From positions 1 through 24,201 of the forward strand of contig CAWJBB010000052.1 in NCBI GenBank assembly GCA_963840855.1: 24,201 nucleotides of DNA, in the 5' to 3' direction. The notes below the pieces were generated by a model. That model searched no databases and was not told where the DNA came from. It saw nothing but the letters and a program-made list of their open reading frames with translations. A program made the position numbers and the translations under genes. Origin of the DNA: an uncultured delta proteobacterium. GTDB taxonomy: Bacteria; Desulfobacterota; Binatia; UBA9968. Shown here in pieces: positions 17,943-24,201 of the stretch (position 1 is the stretch's first letter; each line of letters starts with the position of its first letter).

Positions 17943-18180
17943 TCTGCAGCGATGTCAAAAGCCGCAGGAGAAGACGGCGGTAGGGTGGCAGCGGGTATCT
18001 TCCTCTAGTGGCCGGATGTTGTCAATTCGAAGTCATGGGTTTGTGACAGCACCCGACATCGAGGTGATGTCGCATCGGGTTCTCCTGATTTTCTATGGCC
18101 CGCTGTTTCGTTGGTGAGCAGGCTCCAATACAAAGTGGGAAACGATTCAGCATGAAGCGGAATGCAAGGACCTTGACCGC

Positions 18181-19317
18181 TTATTCCGCCTTGGGAAAGC
18201 CGTAGGCTTCTATAATTCTTCTCTCGTATTCGGGAATCTTGTTGTAGTGGTCCCAGCCGACCACCGACAATTTTTTCCCGCGCACAGCTTTCTCTTGGAC
18301 AGTTCCCGAAATAAAAAGGGAAGCCTCATAGGGACCGTCTTCGTCCAGGATTGTTTGGCCCTCGGGAGAGGCCACGAACTCTAACCACAACAGCGCCGCG
18401 TAAGGATTCTCCGCCGTACTTAGAACACTCTGGGCTTCATTCAAGCGGACAGGAACGGGCTCTATGAGCTTGTAAGCGAGAACTTCGGAGGGGTCTTTCT
18501 CTCTTGCGCGAAGAATAGAATCAAAGTTAGGGCCAAAATGCAGCGCGTGTTCGCCTGCAAGCATAGCAGTGAGCACCCGGACGTTCCCGCGCGCCCAAAC
18601 CGGTTTCTGCGCCGCTATCTTGCGCGCAAAGTCCAGAGTTTTTTCCAGTCCCCACGCGGGAACGAGGGCAGACACATCTTTAGGACGGAGGTCAAGCACG
18701 AACTTTCTGTCCTTGAATTCGGGTCTTAGAAAGCCCTCCCAGGTATCCGGAACCTTGTCCGCTGCAATGAGTCTTTTGTTGTAGGCTACTACTTGTATTC
18801 CGCTGCCCATCGCGACGACATTGCGGTTAATCGGGTCTACCATCTGCACCGGGATCTGCAAAACCCTTTGCTCAGCCATGCCGAGGATGTCGAACTTTTT
18901 CTGATAAGGGGGATATTCGTTGTAGTAGTCGTAGGCTAAGTCGTTAACGTCCTGTCCCTTTGTCAAACCTGCCTTCATTTCCTGAATCATACGCAGGAAG
19001 ACTTCGTTTCCCCGCACCTCTTCCGTTCGAATGTCGATGAAAGGGTATTTTTTCCTAAAGCCGGCGGTCAAGTGCTTCAAGATCTTGGCATCCGTCGAGA
19101 CAATGACACGAAGTTTGCCTTCCTGTTTGGCCTTGCTTACGATCTCGTCGTGACTTTTGAGAAAAAGATATCCTTTTACCTGAGCGTCCTTTTGTGCCTT
19201 GTCCAAAGCGGCGTTTGCCGCCGCAGCGAGGGCGTGGGAACTCATTGCCGAAGCGCCCAAAACCACCAAGAGGGCACAAAGAAAAACGGGGACTGACACT
19301 AGGAAACTTGGCTTCAC
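18181..19317 (-). CDS. ABC transporter extracellular solute-binding protein
   Basis: Signal peptide, AKQEGKLRV, FRKKYPFIDI, AYNKRLI...PDTWEGFL, NPYAALLWLEFVASPEGQ; GGAGG RBS before GTG. Confidence 0.87.
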   Translation of the reverse strand: MKPSFLVSVPVFLCALLVVLGASAMSSHALAAAANAALDKAQKDAQVKGYLFLKSHDEIVSKAKQEGKLRVIVSTDAKILKHLTAGFRKKYPFIDIRTEEVRGNEVFLRMIQEMKAGLTKGQDVNDLAYDYYNEYPPYQKKFDILGMAEQRVLQIPVQMVDPINRNVVAMGSGIQVVAYNKRLIAADKVPDTWEGFLRPEFKDRKFVLDLRPKDVSALVPAWGLEKTLDFARKIAAQKPVWARGNVRVLTAMLAGEHALHFGPNFDSILRAREKDPSEVLAYKLIEPVPVRLNEAQSVLSTAENPYAALLWLEFVASPEGQTILDEDGPYEASLFISGTVQEKAVRGKKLSVVGWDHYNKIPEYERRIIEAYGFPKAE

Positions 19318-19376
19318 GTTGAACCTCCGGTTTCTATCTGTTCAGCTCCTGCCTTAATTGTTAGCAGCGCGGTGAG

Positions 19377-19405
19377 ACTTTATTCCCGTCAGGCGAATAT
19401 GTCAA
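19377..19405 (-). promoter_or_regulatory. Sigma70-like promoter for the SBP gene
   Basis: TTGACA (19405-19400)-17 nt-TAAAGT (19382-19377). The spacer carries a TATTC-N9-GAATA inverted repeat. Confidence 0.5.
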
Positions 19406-19496
19406 TCCAGCTGCGTGCCTTGACGCCACTTGGTAGGCGGGATATTTACTGGCCATCTTCTTTTGACAAAATTTGAAAAAGACCAGGAGGACCGAA

Positions 19497-20585
19497 ATGA
19501 CCGCTCCGCTTGAATCAATGCTCGTGTCTGCCGACTCACATGTCAACGAGCCGCCAGACCTGTGGGAAAAGAGGTTACCCGCATCGATGCGTGAGCGCGC
19601 GCCGAATTTCAAGAAGCTGCGGCACAGAGAGGGCCGCCCGCCGCTACACTTGAGCGGCCCAGAGGCGGCGCAACCGCGCGCGCCAAAGCCTGAGCGCCCG
19701 CGCGGTGGCAGCGATCAGGCGCAGCGACTCAAAGATATGGCGCTGGATGGAGTGATTGCGGAGGTTCTTTATCCGACTTCGGCGTCCAACCTGTTTTATA
19801 TAGAAGATTCGAGCCTGCAGCAGACATGCATTCAAGTCTACAACGATTGGATTTCCGAGTACTGCCAAACCGCGCCCGACCGTCTCTTCGGACTGGCGAT
19901 GGTCTCCACTTACGACGTCGATCATGCCGTAAAAGAACTGTTGCGGTGCAAGAAACAAGGACTCCGCGGGGCGGTCATCTGGCAGTCGCCGCCGCGGCCA
20001 ATTCCGTTTACCTCGAATCATTACGATCGTTTTTGGGCCGCTGCTCAGGATTTGGAAATGCCCGTAAGCTTGCATATCCATACGGGCCACGGCCCGAGCA
20101 AAGGCCGGCAGAATTACCGGGGTCTCGAAGCTTATCGCTTTGCGATCAATGGGCAGTTGCAGGAGATCATGGACTCCTTGTTGGAGATTATCTTTTCCGG
20201 CGTGCTCGAGCGCTTTCCGCGGTTGCGGGTCGTGCCTGCCGAGAACGAAATTGGTTGGTTGCCTTTCTGGCTGGATCAGGCGGATAAATATTTCGAGCGG
20301 TTTCGCAACGCTGAGCCGGTCCCGATTAACAAACGGCCGAGTGAGTATTTCCAGCAGCAAGTGTTTCCTACTTTTTTCAATGATGTCACCGGCGGATACC
20401 TTTTGGGTCGCTGGTACGTGGACAACTGCATGTGGTCAAATGACTATCCGCACGGGAGCTCAACGTGGCCGAATTCGCGCGACGTGATTAGACGGGACTT
20501 GAGCCATTTGTCCCGTGAGGACCAGGCAAAACTGGTGAGGGGAAACGTCGCGCGGCTCTATCAGTTAAACCTTCCGGAAGCTTGA
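19497..20585 (+). CDS. Amidohydrolase family protein (amidohydrolase_2)
   Basis: VSADSHVNEPPDLW, YNDWISEYC, SGVLERFPRL, MWSNDYPH; AGGAGG RBS before ATG 19497 (362 aa). Confidence 0.9.
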   Translation: MTAPLESMLVSADSHVNEPPDLWEKRLPASMRERAPNFKKLRHREGRPPLHLSGPEAAQPRAPKPERPRGGSDQAQRLKDMALDGVIAEVLYPTSASNLFYIEDSSLQQTCIQVYNDWISEYCQTAPDRLFGLAMVSTYDVDHAVKELLRCKKQGLRGAVIWQSPPRPIPFTSNHYDRFWAAAQDLEMPVSLHIHTGHGPSKGRQNYRGLEAYRFAINGQLQEIMDSLLEIIFSGVLERFPRLRVVPAENEIGWLPFWLDQADKYFERFRNAEPVPINKRPSEYFQQQVFPTFFNDVTGGYLLGRWYVDNCMWSNDYPHGSSTWPNSRDVIRRDLSHLSREDQAKLVRGNVARLYQLNLPEA

Positions 20586-20627
20586 AGCTGATTCCGAAGA
20601 ACTCTTGTAACGCAAGGAGGTCGCATC

Positions 20628-20768
20628 ATGTCGTACGACTTACTGATTAAAGGGGGCCGCATCTACGACGGGAGCGGACTGCCTTCTTACGCTGGGTCTT
20701 GGGACCCGACCAATCTCATATCCGTCGCTCAAGATTTTCGTTCCAAAACCTTACGTTTCCGAGCTTAG
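20628..20768 (+). pseudogene. N-terminal remnant of an N-acyl-D-amino-acid deacylase-type amidohydrolase
   Basis: AGGAGG RBS, then MSYDLLIKGGRIYDGSGLPSYAG (typical D-aminoacylase start). Similarity is lost after about 20696, and the frame stops at 20768. Confidence 0.7.
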
Positions 20769-21214
20769 CACCTCGTTGTCGGCATAATTGGACTCTGTAG
20801 ATGGGTCGCTATCTTCCTGCAGCACGTACGTTACGCCCTGCTCCATCACTGATCAGACGCACTAGCGCTAAATCCAGCTCGGCTGCGAAATTCTCTTTTT
20901 TCGCAAAGAGTTTTTCTGGAACAGCTATGGGCCGATCTCGGGGAAAGCGCTAAAGTTCAATCGAAACTGGCGTAGTGTCGGGAGAATCTGCCAAGAAGGT
21001 TGGCCAAGCGTTGACGTGCCTATGTGAGTTTATCGATAAAAGTTATGGAGGCTGTGCTTTCCCCGGGTCGGACCAAGGCAACATCTTGATTTAGCAATGT
21101 AATATAGCATAAAAGGCATCGTTCAAGAGCTTAGAGGTAGCTTTTTGACGCCGAAAAGCGATCTCTAAGAAAAACAATGCCGTGCACCAACCCATCAACG
21201 AGTTGATTCCAGCC

Positions 21215-21297
21215 GTTCAATCGCTCCGCTCACTTGATGCTGCAGCGGGTTCCAGACGTTCCACCGCTGCGCTCCGTTCCAGTCGTTCAAATCGTTT
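21215..21297. repeat. Dispersed CGTTC(A/C)A / GCTCCG repeat
   Basis: GTTCAATCGCTCCGCTC (21215-21231) is the exact reverse complement of 4274-4290. Multiple CGTTC(A/C)A units follow. Confidence 0.6.
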
Positions 21298-21601
21298 GTA
21301 GGAATCAAATCAAAGAAGAAGCAATTCGACGATTCGGGAATTCTCGTAAAGACCGCCGTTACTTGCATTGGGTTTTTTCGAAGCAAGGAAACGGTTCTAA
21401 GGTGTCCGTCAAACCGGGGCTAACTCAAAACGTCCCATAAAATCATGCGATTGCTGCGCTGGCCAAGCCACTGGTATTTTCGGCAAACGGAATTGACAAC
21501 TTTCCGCGTCCTGCGGTATTGCTCCTGTCGGAATAAAGATGGTTGAGATTTCAGGATTCCTGATTGTTGAGGAAGGTATCAGCAATTCCTGTGGAGGCCT
21601 T

Positions 21602-22762
21602 ATGTTACGTAACTATTCTTCGCTGCGGCTGATCACAGGGCTCAGCACAAACGGAAAATCACACATCTTATCGTTTACGTTGAACTTGTCGAAGGGTAAA
21701 GGATGGATTCTTCGGCAGCCTCCGAGAGTGTGGTTATTTGTGTCGGTGCTCGCCATCTCCTGTGTTGCCCTCACGAACTCGGCGGTAGCTCAGACCCCAT
21801 TCTACCAAGGCAAGACGATCACGATGGTTTTTGGCTTTGCTCCCGGCGGAACGGGAGACATGCGCGGTCGCGCGGTCACGGCCGGTCTCAAAAAACACAT
21901 TCCTGGTAGCCCGGACATCGTCGTCGACTATCGTCAAGGAGCAGGGGCGCGGGCGGCGGCGAATCACGTTTACACCAGGGTTCAACCTGATGGACTCACG
22001 ATCGGGGTCGCGGGCAGCAATCTCATTCCGGCGGCCATTCTCGGGGAAACCGGCGTGCTCTACGATATTGACAAGTTTATTTATCTGGGCACCCCTTACA
22101 GCGGCCATGCTCATATCTTTCTGACACGCAGGGCCGCCGGGCTCCGTAATTTAGAAAATCTCAGAGCCGCGAAAGGCGTCCGCGTCGGCGCTCAGGCAGT
22201 CGGTCACACGATATACTACACCGGCCGGATGTTTGCTTACCTCATGGGTTTGAATGAGCCCAAGTTCGTTGTGGGTTATACGGGAGGGGAACTCGACGTG
22301 GCGCTCCGTGCCGGCGAAATCGATGCCCGGACCAATCACTGGGAAACGCCAATACGGCAGAAGTTGTTCGACGAAAATCTTCTGGACGTCCATGCCCTTA
22401 CCGAGATACCCAAAGGAACCAAGCCCCATTCCATTTACAGTCCTGTTCCTGATCTCGAGACCTTTGCCCGGTCGGAGAGAGAGCGCAAACTCGTTTCCCT
22501 GCACCGGGCCTTCCAGGCTGGAGGAGGTCCTTACGTGCTTCCGCCCGGCGTGCCGAAGGAGCGCGTGCAGATTCTGCGCGAGGCGATGCGAAAGACATTT
22601 GCTGATCCGGAATTTATCGCGCAGTACAAGAAGACAGGCGATGATTCCAGTTCTTTGACTGGAGAGGCGCTGGAAAAAATTATCAAGGATCTGCCGCGGG
22701 AACGTGAGGTTATCGAGCTTTTCAAAAAGCTCTTCGGTCCCGATCCGCTGCCGCCGCGTTAA
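21602..22762 (+). CDS. Bug/TctC-like tripartite tricarboxylate transporter substrate-binding protein
   Basis: GGAGG RBS before ATG 21602; AQTPFYQGKT, GFAPGGTGD, GAGARAAANHVY, PDGLTIG, LPPGVPKERVQILREA. Paralog of 13597-14679. Confidence 0.85.
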   Translation: MLRNYSSLRLITGLSTNGKSHILSFTLNLSKGKGWILRQPPRVWLFVSVLAISCVALTNSAVAQTPFYQGKTITMVFGFAPGGTGDMRGRAVTAGLKKHIPGSPDIVVDYRQGAGARAAANHVYTRVQPDGLTIGVAGSNLIPAAILGETGVLYDIDKFIYLGTPYSGHAHIFLTRRAAGLRNLENLRAAKGVRVGAQAVGHTIYYTGRMFAYLMGLNEPKFVVGYTGGELDVALRAGEIDARTNHWETPIRQKLFDENLLDVHALTEIPKGTKPHSIYSPVPDLETFARSERERKLVSLHRAFQAGGGPYVLPPGVPKERVQILREAMRKTFADPEFIAQYKKTGDDSSSLTGEALEKIIKDLPREREVIELFKKLFGPDPLPPR

Positions 22763-22922
22763 AGATTTTTTTCACCGCACGTCTGCCACGAACCACCCCT
22801 GCGCTTGCCTTGACACAAAGTTGAACGCGATGTTAGAGCACGGCGGGATGGGACACTTCCACACACAACTTTTTTCGTTCTGAGTCTGACGGGTGGGGCT
22901 CCGAACGCCTTGGGAAGGTAAG

Positions 22923-23945
22923 ATGAATCATTTTATGCGGCCCGCACTCCTAGCCTTGATTGCGATTGTAAGCGTGTCGCTCCACGGCCTTGACCGGGCA
23001 TGGTCGCAGCCGGCTGATACGGCCGCGGTTATCGAAGGCGCAAAGAAGGAAGGCGAGCTGGTCATCTACGGCACTACCGACCTGCGGCAAGCGACCATAC
23101 TCAACGATAAATTCCGTCAGAAATATCCCTTTATCGACGTCAAACTAAATCGTCTGACTACCGACAATCTCTACCCCAGGTTGATCGCCGAGACGCGTTC
23201 GGGAAAATTTTTGAGCGACGTTGTACAGAACAACACTCTGGTCATGTATTTCCTCAAGCGCGGGAAGTTTTTGGCTCACTACGTTTCAGCCGAGGATCGC
23301 TATTATCCAAACGATTTCAAAGACCCGGGATATTGGATCACCAGCGGCACAAACATTCACGTCGTCGGCTACAACACCAGAGCGATTAGCCGCGACAAGC
23401 TGCCAAAGCGATGGGAAGATCTGCTAACCCCTGCGTGGAAGGGGAAAATGCTGCTCAGCCCCCGCGAACAATGGTTCGCCTGGATATTGCAGATCATGGG
23501 TAAAGAAAATGGCCTCAATTATATGCGCGCACTGGCGAAACAAAGCGTCGCGATACGGCGCGAGTCCAACGCGATGAGGGCGCAACTCATTACCGCCGGT
23601 GAGGCCGATTTAGAGATTGACTCGACTTTGAGTGTCATAACCCCGTTGATGAAAAACGGCGCGCCGGTCGGCTGGACGACGCTGGGTCCTACCCTGGTGG
23701 TGCCGGTGGCGCACGCGCTGGCCGCGCGCGCGCCGCATCCCAATGCGGCAAAGCTCTTCATCGACTTTGTCCTCTCTAGAGAAGGACAACGGATCGTTTT
23801 GGCGTCTGAACGAAACTCCGCCCGCGCCGATCTCGCCCAGGAGCAGGGTGCGTTGAAAGACGTCAAGTTGATCCCGCTTGATCCATCTCAAGGCGATAAC
23901 TTGGAGTTCTACGCGCGCCAGGCTCACGAGATCTTTGGCAAGTAA
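22923..23945 (+). CDS. ABC transporter extracellular solute-binding protein
   Basis: Signal peptide, GAKKEGELVIYG, FRQKYPFIDV, GYNTR...PKRWEDLL.P.WKGK, APHPNAAKLFIDFVLSREGQ. Confidence 0.88.
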   Translation: MNHFMRPALLALIAIVSVSLHGLDRAWSQPADTAAVIEGAKKEGELVIYGTTDLRQATILNDKFRQKYPFIDVKLNRLTTDNLYPRLIAETRSGKFLSDVVQNNTLVMYFLKRGKFLAHYVSAEDRYYPNDFKDPGYWITSGTNIHVVGYNTRAISRDKLPKRWEDLLTPAWKGKMLLSPREQWFAWILQIMGKENGLNYMRALAKQSVAIRRESNAMRAQLITAGEADLEIDSTLSVITPLMKNGAPVGWTTLGPTLVVPVAHALAARAPHPNAAKLFIDFVLSREGQRIVLASERNSARADLAQEQGALKDVKLIPLDPSQGDNLEFYARQAHEIFGK

Positions 23946-24201
23946 GGGGAAATCGCAGCCCAGATGGTCAGGTCCTGCAGCGCGAGGCTGAGGGTCAAGT
24001 TGAGCCCAAGCGGCCCACATTCTTCGTCGGGCCGCGAACCGATTGACCGAGCTCGCCGCGCGAGTTTGTCCAGCTAGTCAACAACGTCCCCTTTGCGTCC
24101 TCATTGAACACGTTCGATTCGTTCAAAACGTCTACCGGCCGTGTTCGTGCTCGTGATAGGTGAATGGCGTCGAAAATACATTTTTATCTTTCTTGAGAGT
24201 T

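Noticed and set aside
18051-18080. Hairpin CGACATC-GAGGT-GATGTCG as a riboswitch or terminator
   Set aside because: No U-tract and no recognisable aptamer consensus.

Overview
A GC-rich, catabolic and transport-rich bacterial region. The gene mix (many amidohydrolase_2 enzymes, Bug/TctC proteins and orphan ABC solute-binding proteins) recalls Candidatus Binatia-type 'Deltaproteobacteria', which is an inference. It opens with a complete DDE insertion sequence (4-1400, IS1202/IS481-like, transposase frameshifted at an A7 run) that disrupts an IorB-like molybdoprotein gene. Next come iorA, a Rieske oxygenase, a tctCBA operon, three amidohydrolases, an ABM monooxygenase, three orphan ABC SBPs, two further TctC proteins and an alpha/beta hydrolase lacking the nucleophile Ser. 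The main finding is at 10565-11932. Two annotated ORFs plus an unannotated tail form one 455-codon frame interrupted by two in-frame TGA codons. Each TGA sits at a Cys-equivalent position and is followed by a SECIS-like hairpin, which points to a probable double-selenocysteine membrane protein (uncharacterised membrane domain + DedA + rhodanese). The intergenic DNA is full of gene scraps: SDR, hydrolases, MFS, TauD, D-aminoacylase, a decayed tRNA-Arg(CCG), tyrosine-transposase-like tails and REP-like repeats.
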